DNA from: a virus
Direction: 5' to 3' (one strand)
IMG/VR virus record: IMGVR_UViG_3300030329_006380
Span: 64,001-128,000 of that record
Length of the DNA: 64,000 nt
Shown here in pieces: positions 18,940-30,274 of this stretch. A program made the position numbers and the translations under genes. The notes beneath the pieces were generated by a model, which saw only the letters and a list, made by a program, of their open reading frames with translations, was not told the DNA's origin and ran no database searches. The first letter of the stretch is position 1. Each line of letters starts with the position of its first letter.

Positions 18940-20036
18940 TAGTCACAAGGATCCTCATATTCTTCAGGTCTATAGATATTGGGCCTGATTGATGGGGCAA
19001 CGCCCTCTTCACATTGAATTTGCAAATCAGAGAAAACATCATTCTTCACGCCACCTTCAATTATGTTGCGGCATAATACCGGAGGATCTATTTCCTCGTC
19101 AACAAAAAAATCAAAATAATATTCAACATCTGTCGGTGATGCATCCCCGGTCAGCAATGTTGTTATATCGTCCATTCGCGACCCCTCAAAAAGTGTCTCT
19201 GATTCTGGAACGTCGATTAAGATACCGTCAACAACTAAATTTCTTGTTGGGTCCTTCTTGAATCGCAATGGCTCAAGTTGAGCCGGAACTGTTATGTTTC
19301 CGGAAGTATCAACCTCTGCCTCTTTCAATACTTTAAATATCTCAATATCAAAATTTTTTCTTTGTAATGCATCTGCATTTTCTTCTAAAACCTCTAAAAC
19401 AATATGATTTTTAACTATCTTTACATACGCTGTTTGATCTTGCTGGGTGATTGTTAAATCATCCAAAACCACTTCAGAATCGTGACCGGGATCATCAAAA
19501 TCATCAGCACCAACAAAACCTCTAAATCCTAAGGACGATGTCCAATATGGCTCAATATTTATTTGAGGTATTTTTGCAATAGATACCCTATCATCCCCTA
19601 TACTGCCACTAATCTTAGATGATAGGGCACGTATACTCCACTGTGGGGCCTTCTGATTGCTGACAGAAGAATTCCCAAGCGGCGAGGATAGTGAATAAAA
19701 TTTATCCTTCACTGGCTGTATTGGCTCTGAAAGAAGCACATTCCTGCTTTCGGCGGGCGAAGATCCAAATTTCTTCTCCATTTTTCTATTAATATCAACA
19801 AATTCAGACTCGATTCCATAGTACAAATATTGAGCCTTGGTTCGAACAGTTTCTTTGATTCTCTGCACAATATCATTTTGATTCTCTTCGAAGCCGCCAT
19901 ACTCGGAATCATACAATATATCATCATCATAGAAGGCATAATAAACCGGCTTAAATAAACCACGGGATAATTTTGCCTTCCCAAATTGTGTCAACTCTAT
20001 ATCAATAACTTCTTCTTTTTTATTAAAAAAGGTCAT
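18939..20036 (-). CDS. Virion structural protein (365 aa)
   Basis: MTFFNKKEEVIDIELTQFGKAKLSRGLFKPVYYAFYDDDILY parallels the N-terminus of 11047..12009. Confidence 0.55.
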   Translation of the reverse strand: MTFFNKKEEVIDIELTQFGKAKLSRGLFKPVYYAFYDDDILYDSEYGGFEENQNDIVQRIKETVRTKAQYLYYGIESEFVDINRKMEKKFGSSPAESRNVLLSEPIQPVKDKFYSLSSPLGNSSVSNQKAPQWSIRALSSKISGSIGDDRVSIAKIPQINIEPYWTSSLGFRGFVGADDFDDPGHDSEVVLDDLTITQQDQTAYVKIVKNHIVLEVLEENADALQRKNFDIEIFKVLKEAEVDTSGNITVPAQLEPLRFKKDPTRNLVVDGILIDVPESETLFEGSRMDDITTLLTGDASPTDVEYYFDFFVDEEIDPPVLCRNIIEGGVKNDVFSDLQIQCEEGVAPSIRPNIYRPEEYEDPCD

Positions 20037-23000
20037 TCGTTTATACCTTCATGTATTCTTGATTTTTCGTGGCCCTCTGGAATTTCATCGGGCTCGGAAC
20101 TTAATGCAACTTCAGCCTCTAGATTAACTAATTCAACAAAAGAAAAATAATCATACGGCCAATTATAACTATATCCCCTTGTGACCGCATGATTAACATT
20201 AGTCATGGGAGAGGCACCAACACGATTTAATAAATCAAGCCTTTCAAGCCTTTTTGTCAGCGACATACCAGGAATTGGAGTATAATCCGTAAGTGTCGAC
20301 AGCTTGACTGCATCTCCATAATTATTTAAAGCTCTTTGCTTTACCTTAAAGACCATCCATCTTAATTCTTTTCCCACTTTTTTGGTGGGATCAAAAAAAG
20401 CAGTTCTCAAACTAGGATGGACCACCGAAATTTCAGAAACGTCGGGTATACGGGCAGACTCCTCATGAGAACTGTGGCCCGTGGGTATCGGACCCCTTGT
20501 CTTGTTAGTTGCTGGTAAAAGATTTTGCCAAATATTCGCTAAATCTTGACCAGAAAACTTATAATTAAATTCAAACACAAACATCACTGCCGGAGTTACT
20601 TCCTCAAATTCAACAAAATTAAAGGAAGGCGGAAAGACATACTTGTCCATCATTGCAACAATATTCACAATAGACCTGTGCGGAGGGTCGTCAATGACTT
20701 CCTGTGGTATTCCGGTGAAATCTAATTCACTTGTGGCGCCTTTGAGTTTCTTCTTGGCATATTCTATGTGATCGCGTGGGATAGTAAAAAATTCCTTTTC
20801 ATTGCTGTTATTTAACATAAAAGGCACAGCAACAACTGCTTCGAAAACTTCTCTGGTTTTCTGGGGCATGTCGCCAATCTTGATTTTGGCGCCGCCACCA
20901 ACAAATTGCGCTGCTGTTCTAAAAGTTTCTCCCTCCATCGAAGAAAATCCCAAAACTTTCGCTAGGGATCCAGTCATTGTATGGTCGGTGGCGAATTTAT
21001 AGTCCTCAACCGAAAGATATATACCCTTATCCACACTCGGCAAAGATCCATACTGATGCCACATACCGCGGGATAAACATTCGCTTCCATAAGCTCCAGA
21101 TGTTACCGAGACACTTTGAAAATCTAATACCGGGCATTCAAATTTTGGCGAAATAACCCACTGAGATTCGGGATTCCCCGAGGAAGGATCGTTTGATATT
21201 GACTGTATGCCACCTGCTTCCGAAAAGGATATCTGCTTTCTTTTAACAATGTTAAATAGATTAACAGAAGAATCCAATTGCATTCTTTGGGCGCCTGGCC
21301 CAGTATATACATATGCGAAGGAAAAAAAGCCCTCCTCGTGAGCAGGAGTAGATCTTCTAAAAGTTACACTGCTGGAATTGATGATCTCCATTAAAGTATA
21401 TTCTTTATTTTCTAGAACAGTATCGCCGGCCGGGAAAGTGATAATTGCTTGTGCGCCCTTCTCTGTTCCAAAGTAAGGAGGTGTATGAGGCCAATAAACT
21501 GAGGCGGTGTTGCTATAGTTTGTAGGTATGCTAAGTACCCCAAATTGAACAGCGCTTGGCGGACCAAAAGCCGATGCTCTATTGTACATTGTAAAATCTT
21601 TTGTTTGCCTTAGATTTATTTCCATCGCATATCTACCAAAACTTTGATTATCGAAACTTATTTTATTAACCGGTTTGCTAACAATGGCGCCTGGTCCTCG
21701 TTTTTTTAAAAAGAAGTTCATCGTCTCAGCCAAAAAATTATTCATTGCAATGCTGTAAAGAGGGTCAGGTTGAACAGACGGATTAAAAGAAGCCGTGAGA
21801 TTAAGAGAAGCAGACGGATGAGGTTCATTGTCAATTATCTTAATTGATTGATTAGCAAGACTTGCGCCACTCGGGCCTGGAAAATAAATTTCCGGAAACA
21901 TTAACCCTTCAAAAGGTATTCGGTCGTCATAGTTTTGTGCAATGGACATCTGAGGTACGTGCTCAGGAATTGTTGAGGTGCCAACACTGGCAGAAGGATT
22001 TAGTTCCGAAGACACATGCACAGGGTAGTCAACCGCTATGCCCGATTTAATACTATTAAAAAGAATTCCGGGAGCATACAACGCAGAGGCTATCGGCCTG
22101 TATCTAACGGGCGCAGTTACTCTTTCATCATCTGAATCTGCGCCTGACGATGTCAGCGCGTTAGCATATGAACTAGAAAACAAGCTTGCAACTTTCAGCG
22201 CTCTTTGCGCAGGATAAAAGCCTTCATATGGTAAAAATTTCTTAAAAGCCTTACATGTTAGTGTGATGGCAGAAGCGTTATTGGATTCATGGTCTTTCCG
22301 GAACACATCAAAAAATTTCATAAAATCAGAATGTAGATATTCGCGACAAAAGGAGCTAAACGAACTGTCACTCGATGCTGCGCCGGTCAAAGAAAATAAA
22401 GAATCTCTTGTTGCAGAGAAATCCGACAAATTGTCTTTAATATAATATTCTAAGTGCTCACTTATTCTAAATTCTGGTATGAGACTATATTCTTTTCCTT
22501 GGGCGCGCATGACTTCCGCATATGATTCATATGAAGTATAATATGGTTCTAATCCAGACTGCGTGGCTGCCTCCCACATCGTGTCGCCGGCTATTTCAGG
22601 AAATGATGCAGTTGCTGCATCAGAAACTGTTCTTCGCGCATACACGGCGCCGGCTTTGAGTTTATACTCGTTTGCTGGCATCAAGAGAGAACCGGAATGC
22701 CAACGCACGTAAGATGCCTGGAGTGCGCCTGCGCCATCAGTTTTGTTGGCATACCCCGGAACTGCTGTTGCAAAATCTGCTCTTGCATCCAGCGGCCACA
22801 CGCTTTCGGTTGGGATTGTTTCACCAAAATCGTTAATACGATTAGTTTTTGTTCTATCAGCACGCGTGGAGTTCCAAAGATGATTATATGTAAACTGCGT
22901 TCTTGCACGTGTACCAGAAAGATATGTATTTGCCTCAGCCGGATATACAATTTCTCGATATATCATATTCCTGAATATGCTTTTTCCTGCTGGAATATTG

Positions 23001-26000
23001 CCAAGTCTTTCGCGTTCAGAAGGAGAACGGAAATTTAAACTATAATCTTGGTACAGTTGATCATAAGTCTGGGTTCTCTCATCATTGTCTGATCCGAACA
23101 ACTCCAGATTCAGATCTCTATTTGTAAATCTAGTTTTGTTGTTTCCATAACTGTGATCGACTTTATATCTAAGGCCCTCGGGGGCGCCGGCAACAGCAAA
23201 TTCATGGCTAATATATTTATGTTTTGATGTTATCGGAGGCTCTGTATATTGCTTGAGAGAGGTACTTTTGGAAAATTTGAAAGTTGCTCCCTCGTGGGCT
23301 CTCTCTTCTGTTTTCACTATTGAGAATCTATTGTGTTGGACCTCGTCTCTTCTAATTGGATGATTTCTTCCTCTGATTTGCTTCCAAGAGGGCCAGCCAT
23401 AAGGACCTTGGCGATGGTGGATGAGAGCGTTTAAAACACCAGCATAGGAAACCCAAGACGGCCAGTCCGCGTTCCTTTTAATGGTGGAGATATTCTGATA
23501 ATTCGACAAATCATCAAAATCACCACCAATACAGTTTGTCGGGCAATCAAAACTAGAGTATCCTAAAATATTACTTGAAGCTGTTATTGGTTCATATATA
23601 TGATAATTTAAGCCGGCGAAATCAGTACGTAAAAACCCAGTTGCACTCGCTGCGTCAGATTGTGCCAGAGTAATACCAAATTCTCGATTCGGATACGGAA
23701 CAGTACTACCGAGTTCACTCGCACTCAAGAAGTTAATCTCATCTTCTTCCAGCGCATGGCCAAATGGTAAAGAAGAAGCAACCGCGGAGGCGGTTATCCA
23801 TGCATATCCCGAGTCTTGCGCCGGTATTGGCCTTTGGATAAATTCATTATCATATATACTGGCTGTGGAAAAAGCGCTGCCATCGCCTGGATCGCTGGCT
23901 GTATCAAATCCCGCATTGTATTTAATGCGGCGAAAACCATTTCTTTGAATTTTTCTAAAAGATGCCGAAGGTGCAGAAGTATACCAACTGGCAACATCAT
24001 CTTCGTGAGACGAATGGCCGCCCGGGCCACAATGTATTGAAGCAAAATCATTTAAAACCTGACGAACGTTAAAGTTTCTATAATTCAAGCAATTATAAAT
24101 AGAATATTCGGCTGATAGGGCGTCGAGGCCGGGACCGCCATCAGTATCACCCATAGTTTCGGGGCCACCAGGAGCAGAAAATCTTTCAACGATTACATGT
24201 TTCCCGCGGGCGCGTATTGGCTTCGTATAATCCTTTAACCCACCAACTAAACCAGAATCTGCGGTCGTACTTAAATTAAAACTATCTTTTGCGAAATCCA
24301 AATCACTGGATTCTAAATCTCCGCCTTCCGTATCAACAAACCATCGATTGTTGAGTCTTCGATTGGAAGTCTGGACAATCTGATAATCCTTTTCATAATT
24401 TCCTAGGAAATTTGATGCAGTAGTGTGCTGAATGTTTTTAATATTAATCGGTCGCCTTGACGTGCCGTCTTTATAAAAATCAGACCTAGGGAGATGATAT
24501 CTAGCATTACCAAATGGATTGTTTCTCGGGTTAACGATCTTCAGCTTAGTTGTGTCAGCATAAACTCTAAACGCTTCTGCGCGTGTATCTTGCGTATCTG
24601 TACCATCACTAACAAAATTCGAACGATGGGGCATGCCACCAACATGAGTTCTAGTGAATGGGCCCTGCAGTGGTCTCTCATACTCCGGGCCGTAAACATC
24701 TTCGTGAAGGCCGGTTATATCAATTTTAATACTCTCCGGAGTGCTTAAAGTATGCAGATCGGTGACACCATAACCAACATCTACGGATGAGCTATAAATA
24801 CTAAAGGGAAAAGCCATATCTCCGGTGGGGGCTGCATCACCTGCGCCGTCTTGTATTTGAACATCTAGCTTTTCTTTTTGTATGAGTTCTGAATAATCGA
24901 CTGTATTGATTCTTCTATCGATAAATAGTTTTGAGGAACCATCTCTTGTTATAACGTTTGCCTGTAAAGTTGAATTTGCTCTGCCGCTTTTATATAAATC
25001 ATATTTCTTTTGCGTAGGAAAGTTCACGCCACCTTTAATGTATTTGTCATGACCAAACGTTGTTCGCAAAGCAGTTTGTCTTTTTCTATCGGTTGTACGC
25101 TGAAGAACATCGGCAATTGTCTGTCGACTTGTATCAACAGAAGTATCACCGCTAGTCAAATCAGGATCACTTCTCTCTGTTCTAGTTTTCCACCACAGCA
25201 CATTATCTTTCTGAGACTTTGAAATAGGAGCGTGACTAACACTCCAGTTATCTGACATTCGTGCAAAAGATTGCTTGTACAGTGGTATATTAACATTGTC
25301 ATCATCGTCAACTGACATTTGTTCTGAAATGCCTTTGGCAACACCTTCAATAATGTTAAGTTTTTCTTCTATAGTGGGGAATTTAGCTCTATATTTATTT
25401 CTCTCTAGAATATGACTCTCAATAACATTCTGTACATTATCGGGCATTCGTGCAGAAACCGGCACAAGCTCCTTAATAAGTTTATTAAGCGCACTATCAA
25501 ACCAGCGATAAAAATCAATAAACCTTTCGACATCCGGAGTATTAGACACTTTAGAAAAGAATATTTCCCTTAATTTTTCTAAACCTTTATACCCGTCACG
25601 ATAGCGATGTACTGGGTCGCCAATTAAATTACTAAAAGCTGCAATCGTAGAGAACATATTAATCATCTCTTCCGAAATATTTTGATACATGCTTTTTTCA
25701 ATCGACAAGAAGTAAGTTGTTGGTCTCTCGTCTCTACCAAAAGTCTCCTCAGCGGATCCAGTTATGATATTTACCATATCATAGCTATTCATAATCTCAG
25801 GTAAGGATTTCTTTGCGGATTGTACATGTTCAACCACAATCGCGCCGTTATGATCGGTCGGGAAATCATAGCCAACGCCGGGGTGGTGAGTCAACGCTAT
25901 TTTTCCTATTGTACCATAATCACCTTGCGCAGTTGTTGAGCCTGACGAAATGTCAGTAACTGTAAAGGCTTCAACTGAAGAATCTCCGGATCCAGTAAGA

Positions 26001-28771
26001 TTGCTGAAATCCCAATGTAGTGCCAGAGTTTTAACCTGAGGGTGGTGGGATCCCGTCAACACATATGTACCGGCGCCGGAGGGGGAGCCACCTAAACCTT
26101 CATATAAATACGCATTTCTGTATGGATCTCTGGTTCCGTAGTTCAGTGGACTTCTTGCATGAAAATTAATAGTTTCATTATCTAGATAATCCAACCAATA
26201 TCTTACAGAGGATATCTTAGCATAAGATTGCTGTAATACTGCACCAGTAAAATTAGTTCTGTGTGCACCAACAAATATCCTTTTGCGATCGGATAAAAAC
26301 CTAGTTCCGGGAGTTTCATCAATAGTACCGTGTATGTGAAAGCTACTAGATTGATTTGACAAGATAGAATGTACACCATAGAAATCTACATCATATGTGC
26401 TGGGGCTTGTCCCATTATATGTGGAATCACCTATTAGTGACTGAGGAGTTCTTGAAGGTTTAACCCTAATGGCAAAATTCCACCGTTTATTGTCAAATAC
26501 GTTAACAAATACACTGCTGCTTAACGTAGGAAAATTATTTTGAGAACTGGACAAATAGAATCTGGCATTTCGGCTATATCTACTATTTCTAACTGCATAA
26601 ACATGAAAGCTACCAGAATCTGAGGTATCCCATGTCATATCTGCATCGGCGCTGCCAGACGCTTTGGAATGGCCACCGAATAAAGAACACGTTACTGGTA
26701 CCTCAAAGAAATTTTTATCCTGCGGAAATGCCACGCGCGGGAATATACACTCAGCTTCCACTGTTACAGCGTGATCTTTTTCACGTAAAATCAAACCTGA
26801 TCCACTTATATAAGATAAGGAATCGCTTATCGCGCTAGATGTTTGCTGAAATACTGTTGCATTAAAGCTACCAGTATTATAAAAATTAACATATCTTTTT
26901 TTCTCGACAACTTCTCGATAATGATCTTCAAAAGTATAAGTTTCATTATCAGCATATAAGTTAATTCTTAAAAGTTCCTCATCAACGCCAAAGCAATGAA
27001 AAAGATTTCTAAAAGATTTTTCCGTACCTTTCGACTTATAAATATAAATCAAATTATTATATATATTTTTATAAATTAAATTTTTAATATCATGTATGGT
27101 GTCTCTATAGAGCCTGTCTTCATCTCTATCCTTAAAAAATTCTAAAATCTCTGCATCTGCAAATAACTCTGGGGCGGGGAACCCACGAGACTCCAACATA
27201 CGGTCAACAAATGGATACGGTTTAAAACTACTAGTGGCTACGTGGGACCCAGAAGTGTATTCAATGGCAGAGAGAGAGGGCAGGACCTCAACTTGCAAAT
27301 GAAGCATATCAAAATAGCTAGCTATTATCTGAGTTAAGTGTTTTAACTCGCTGGTACCTTCTTCCTCGTCTTCTTCAATAATCCACGCAGGTACGCTTTT
27401 AATAATGGATGCATTATTGGTATAATCATACTCTTGGCCAACCTTAACCTTCTCATCGTAATAAGAAGATACATCCGGGTGATCTGAATAAATAATTGGA
27501 TCCTTGGTTTCAAATTCTGCCGCCGATGCAGAAACAATAGCTGAGCCAACATTTCTTGATGCATCGCCCACATAACCAGTCCATGTTGCGTTAGAGACTC
27601 TTCCAGAATAATCTAACACTTTAGAATCGCGAGTGGATTTGCCAGTAATCCCCTCATTAAATTTAAAATAAATCCCCAGAGAAGTGTTTGACGTATCAGT
27701 GTTAGTGCCACCATCAACTTGTGTAAACCAATTCCTACCAATATCGCGAGAAGTCCTGGATTCCTTCCAAAATCTGAATTCATCTAGCGAGCCTGAGAAT
27801 TTGCCCCACCCTTTCATATCATCGCCAAATGTGTGATATATATTGCCTGAGGGAGCAGTCAGGAGCCCACCAATGTTCATTTGACTTCCGGTACTAATTA
27901 TCTCGGTTAGGCCGCCGCCGCCGAAAGTATTAAGCGTTTGATTTAATTCGCCATTAACATAGAATTTTAATAAATTTCTAACGGCGCCGGATACGATCGA
28001 AAAAGCATAATGATTCCACCCGTCTAGCAGGCTAGCCGTTGTAAAGCCACTACCTATCATCTGATTGCTGTATCCGGATGTTCCGGACATATATGTAACT
28101 CTAAAGGGTGAATCATCTGCTGTTGTACTAGCACTCACTTCAATAGTAAATCGACCATATTCAACACTAGATGAAGGTGCACCATTCCAGAGGTCAAATA
28201 TTACCTCTTTGCTGGTTAGTGCCAGACCTGCATATGCTTCCTTCTTTAACCAAAACTCAACAGTGGACCCGGACCCGTTAAGCCCAATGTTAAAAGTTTG
28301 ACCGGTGGCGCTTTCAAAAACATTGTCAACATTTATACTCTGTGACACATGGATATACTCATAGGATGCCGTTGCGGGGGCGCCATAATCACCTATTGTC
28401 TCTACTTTGTTCCCCCAGCCTGCGCATGCTAAATTTATATATCCATTAGTCTTGGGGTATTCATTCTTAAAAATATGTAAATCTAAATAAGAAGAACTAA
28501 GCTCCCACAGTGTCTTTTCATATCCAGAGCCATCATACGGATACGTATGTATGATTCTTCTTATTGAGTCTTTATAGTATTTTTCAGCCGATCCATATTT
28601 TGCAAAATTCTCAGGCACATACAGATCAACATGAGGAATTGATCTATCTTTATTCTTTACATAAGCATCAATATAATTTTCTGATTCGACTTCTTCGCCT
28701 AATTTTCTCAGCGATTTGCCAACTAAAGCGCTAGAAGCTTCTTCATTTCTAAAAAGATCTTTTATAGCCAT
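20033..28771 (-). CDS. Giant baseplate wedge-associated protein (2912 aa) with LamG domains and a T4 gp7/P2 gpI-like segment
   Basis: LamG-like TVEFWLK...WNHYAFS...LKFYVNG...FSGSLDEFRFW; YKSKGTEKSFRNLFHCFG (gpI/gp7-like KGT motif); a second LamG-like block (RWNFAIRVK...ISSVRYW). Confidence 0.65.
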   Translation of the reverse strand: MAIKDLFRNEEASSALVGKSLRKLGEEVESENYIDAYVKNKDRSIPHVDLYVPENFAKYGSAEKYYKDSIRRIIHTYPYDGSGYEKTLWELSSSYLDLHIFKNEYPKTNGYINLACAGWGNKVETIGDYGAPATASYEYIHVSQSINVDNVFESATGQTFNIGLNGSGSTVEFWLKKEAYAGLALTSKEVIFDLWNGAPSSSVEYGRFTIEVSASTTADDSPFRVTYMSGTSGYSNQMIGSGFTTASLLDGWNHYAFSIVSGAVRNLLKFYVNGELNQTLNTFGGGGLTEIISTGSQMNIGGLLTAPSGNIYHTFGDDMKGWGKFSGSLDEFRFWKESRTSRDIGRNWFTQVDGGTNTDTSNTSLGIYFKFNEGITGKSTRDSKVLDYSGRVSNATWTGYVGDASRNVGSAIVSASAAEFETKDPIIYSDHPDVSSYYDEKVKVGQEYDYTNNASIIKSVPAWIIEEDEEEGTSELKHLTQIIASYFDMLHLQVEVLPSLSAIEYTSGSHVATSSFKPYPFVDRMLESRGFPAPELFADAEILEFFKDRDEDRLYRDTIHDIKNLIYKNIYNNLIYIYKSKGTEKSFRNLFHCFGVDEELLRINLYADNETYTFEDHYREVVEKKRYVNFYNTGSFNATVFQQTSSAISDSLSYISGSGLILREKDHAVTVEAECIFPRVAFPQDKNFFEVPVTCSLFGGHSKASGSADADMTWDTSDSGSFHVYAVRNSRYSRNARFYLSSSQNNFPTLSSSVFVNVFDNKRWNFAIRVKPSRTPQSLIGDSTYNGTSPSTYDVDFYGVHSILSNQSSSFHIHGTIDETPGTRFLSDRKRIFVGAHRTNFTGAVLQQSYAKISSVRYWLDYLDNETINFHARSPLNYGTRDPYRNAYLYEGLGGSPSGAGTYVLTGSHHPQVKTLALHWDFSNLTGSGDSSVEAFTVTDISSGSTTAQGDYGTIGKIALTHHPGVGYDFPTDHNGAIVVEHVQSAKKSLPEIMNSYDMVNIITGSAEETFGRDERPTTYFLSIEKSMYQNISEEMINMFSTIAAFSNLIGDPVHRYRDGYKGLEKLREIFFSKVSNTPDVERFIDFYRWFDSALNKLIKELVPVSARMPDNVQNVIESHILERNKYRAKFPTIEEKLNIIEGVAKGISEQMSVDDDDNVNIPLYKQSFARMSDNWSVSHAPISKSQKDNVLWWKTRTERSDPDLTSGDTSVDTSRQTIADVLQRTTDRKRQTALRTTFGHDKYIKGGVNFPTQKKYDLYKSGRANSTLQANVITRDGSSKLFIDRRINTVDYSELIQKEKLDVQIQDGAGDAAPTGDMAFPFSIYSSSVDVGYGVTDLHTLSTPESIKIDITGLHEDVYGPEYERPLQGPFTRTHVGGMPHRSNFVSDGTDTQDTRAEAFRVYADTTKLKIVNPRNNPFGNARYHLPRSDFYKDGTSRRPINIKNIQHTTASNFLGNYEKDYQIVQTSNRRLNNRWFVDTEGGDLESSDLDFAKDSFNLSTTADSGLVGGLKDYTKPIRARGKHVIVERFSAPGGPETMGDTDGGPGLDALSAEYSIYNCLNYRNFNVRQVLNDFASIHCGPGGHSSHEDDVASWYTSAPSASFRKIQRNGFRRIKYNAGFDTASDPGDGSAFSTASIYDNEFIQRPIPAQDSGYAWITASAVASSLPFGHALEEDEINFLSASELGSTVPYPNREFGITLAQSDAASATGFLRTDFAGLNYHIYEPITASSNILGYSSFDCPTNCIGGDFDDLSNYQNISTIKRNADWPSWVSYAGVLNALIHHRQGPYGWPSWKQIRGRNHPIRRDEVQHNRFSIVKTEERAHEGATFKFSKSTSLKQYTEPPITSKHKYISHEFAVAGAPEGLRYKVDHSYGNNKTRFTNRDLNLELFGSDNDERTQTYDQLYQDYSLNFRSPSERERLGNIPAGKSIFRNMIYREIVYPAEANTYLSGTRARTQFTYNHLWNSTRADRTKTNRINDFGETIPTESVWPLDARADFATAVPGYANKTDGAGALQASYVRWHSGSLLMPANEYKLKAGAVYARRTVSDAATASFPEIAGDTMWEAATQSGLEPYYTSYESYAEVMRAQGKEYSLIPEFRISEHLEYYIKDNLSDFSATRDSLFSLTGAASSDSSFSSFCREYLHSDFMKFFDVFRKDHESNNASAITLTCKAFKKFLPYEGFYPAQRALKVASLFSSSYANALTSSGADSDDERVTAPVRYRPIASALYAPGILFNSIKSGIAVDYPVHVSSELNPSASVGTSTIPEHVPQMSIAQNYDDRIPFEGLMFPEIYFPGPSGASLANQSIKIIDNEPHPSASLNLTASFNPSVQPDPLYSIAMNNFLAETMNFFLKKRGPGAIVSKPVNKISFDNQSFGRYAMEINLRQTKDFTMYNRASAFGPPSAVQFGVLSIPTNYSNTASVYWPHTPPYFGTEKGAQAIITFPAGDTVLENKEYTLMEIINSSSVTFRRSTPAHEEGFFSFAYVYTGPGAQRMQLDSSVNLFNIVKRKQISFSEAGGIQSISNDPSSGNPESQWVISPKFECPVLDFQSVSVTSGAYGSECLSRGMWHQYGSLPSVDKGIYLSVEDYKFATDHTMTGSLAKVLGFSSMEGETFRTAAQFVGGGAKIKIGDMPQKTREVFEAVVAVPFMLNNSNEKEFFTIPRDHIEYAKKKLKGATSELDFTGIPQEVIDDPPHRSIVNIVAMMDKYVFPPSFNFVEFEEVTPAVMFVFEFNYKFSGQDLANIWQNLLPATNKTRGPIPTGHSSHEESARIPDVSEISVVHPSLRTAFFDPTKKVGKELRWMVFKVKQRALNNYGDAVKLSTLTDYTPIPGMSLTKRLERLDLLNRVGASPMTNVNHAVTRGYSYNWPYDYFSFVELVNLEAEVALSSEPDEIPEGHEKSRIHEGINE

Positions 28772-28774
28772 AAT

Positions 28775-30274
28775 TTATTCTACTCTGAATTTGAATATCT
28801 CGGGTTGTTCATGATATTGACCATTGATGTAATAAGTGAATCTTAAGTTGTATAAGTAATCCGGCTCGAAAAAACTCATATCTAGATCAAGATAACTCCC
28901 AGAGATATCATACGACATCTGTGTATGCTTCGTGCTCCCCGTGCCATAACTTATAACTTCTAAGTTATCGATGGCGCGTTCAACTTTATAATAAGCATCA
29001 TCAATTATTTCAGAAGCCATCACACTAGTTGCTTTTGTATAAATAGTTGGAGACCAATCTTTTTGTCGAATGAACAATCGAAGTCGCGGCTTCTCTTCTG
29101 CGGAGTATGTAGATTTCAAATTCTTTATAGTTGTTACGTATTCTGGATTGGTGCTATAATTTTGTGAACCAAATGTTTTGACTGTTATTGCACTACCGGT
29201 ATGATAAATAGTGTTGACGTGGGCACCGAGGCCTGAGCCAGAATGCCACACTGGATATATCGTTGTTGTTCCGGAAGAAGTATAAGCAAAGGAAGCTGAG
29301 TATATTCCCGTTGTAACCCAGCTAGCCGTAATATTTGCATCATTATTGGTCAATACGCCGCCGCCCAGTGGAAGTGTTATGTGATCACCACCGAGAGTTG
29401 AATAAAGGCTAACTAGCATATGACTAGTGCCAACACCGGGGATATCTTGATATTGTCCCCTAATATTATTATAGAGATATATATTGTTTAGATTATCTGC
29501 CGGAGGGGCGAGGGCGCTACTCAAATAAAAACTACCAGCATTATCTTTCTTCGCAGAATCCCAGCGCGCCTCTATTAGAGGACGTTTATTGAAATATTGT
29601 GTTCCGCGGGCAAAAAACTTCTTCGTATAAAATGATCCGGATGTTGATCCATCTTCTTGGCTGCCCGTAAGATAAACAGCAATGCCGAAATTATCATATC
29701 CGCCGGCCCCAGTGCCTGCAATCCATTTTTCCACTAAATCTGAAATATCGATTTCTAGATCCTCGGTGCCGCGGTCGAAATATTGAGTATAAATATTGCT
29801 AGTATAATCGTAATCGGAGGACGTTAAAAAATTGCCGCCTTCGGAAACCCACGCTGTTGTGCTACTAGCGGATATCCAGTTGGCATACCCTTTATCGGTA
29901 TACCCTTCCATATCGAGTCCTTCTCCTTCATCCCAAGACTGTGATATAGCAGAAGCCACCAGTGTAAATTGCCTAGGCAAAGTCTGACTATGGACGGCAT
30001 TGAACAAGCGTAAATAAAAACTTACGCTACCACTAGCAGGTATCGTATTGGCTGTTCGGTCATCCGATATTGCCGTAATCGGGAATTTATATAAAGCTCT
30101 AGATTTTTCTACAGAAGCTCCATCAGTGCTACTTGACACCTGCGAATAAATAGAAAATATTTCCGTAATATCTGATTCGCCCATATTTGAACCCGTGCCG
30201 CGGGTGGCGAGACCAGATTTATATGCATTTGTTATTGTGGTGTCAGCACTAGCTGTATATCTTGTTATTGCCAT
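28775..30274 (-). CDS. Baseplate-region structural protein (499 aa) with DNRLRE-like N-terminal domain
   Basis: ASADTTITN...SRALYKF...FYLRLFNA...QSWDEGEG...DLEIDISDLVEKWI...PLIEARWD; directly downstream of the gp6-like gene. Confidence 0.55.
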   Translation of the reverse strand: MAITRYTASADTTITNAYKSGLATRGTGSNMGESDITEIFSIYSQVSSSTDGASVEKSRALYKFPITAISDDRTANTIPASGSVSFYLRLFNAVHSQTLPRQFTLVASAISQSWDEGEGLDMEGYTDKGYANWISASSTTAWVSEGGNFLTSSDYDYTSNIYTQYFDRGTEDLEIDISDLVEKWIAGTGAGGYDNFGIAVYLTGSQEDGSTSGSFYTKKFFARGTQYFNKRPLIEARWDSAKKDNAGSFYLSSALAPPADNLNNIYLYNNIRGQYQDIPGVGTSHMLVSLYSTLGGDHITLPLGGGVLTNNDANITASWVTTGIYSASFAYTSSGTTTIYPVWHSGSGLGAHVNTIYHTGSAITVKTFGSQNYSTNPEYVTTIKNLKSTYSAEEKPRLRLFIRQKDWSPTIYTKATSVMASEIIDDAYYKVERAIDNLEVISYGTGSTKHTQMSYDISGSYLDLDMSFFEPDYLYNLRFTYYINGQYHEQPEIFKFRVE

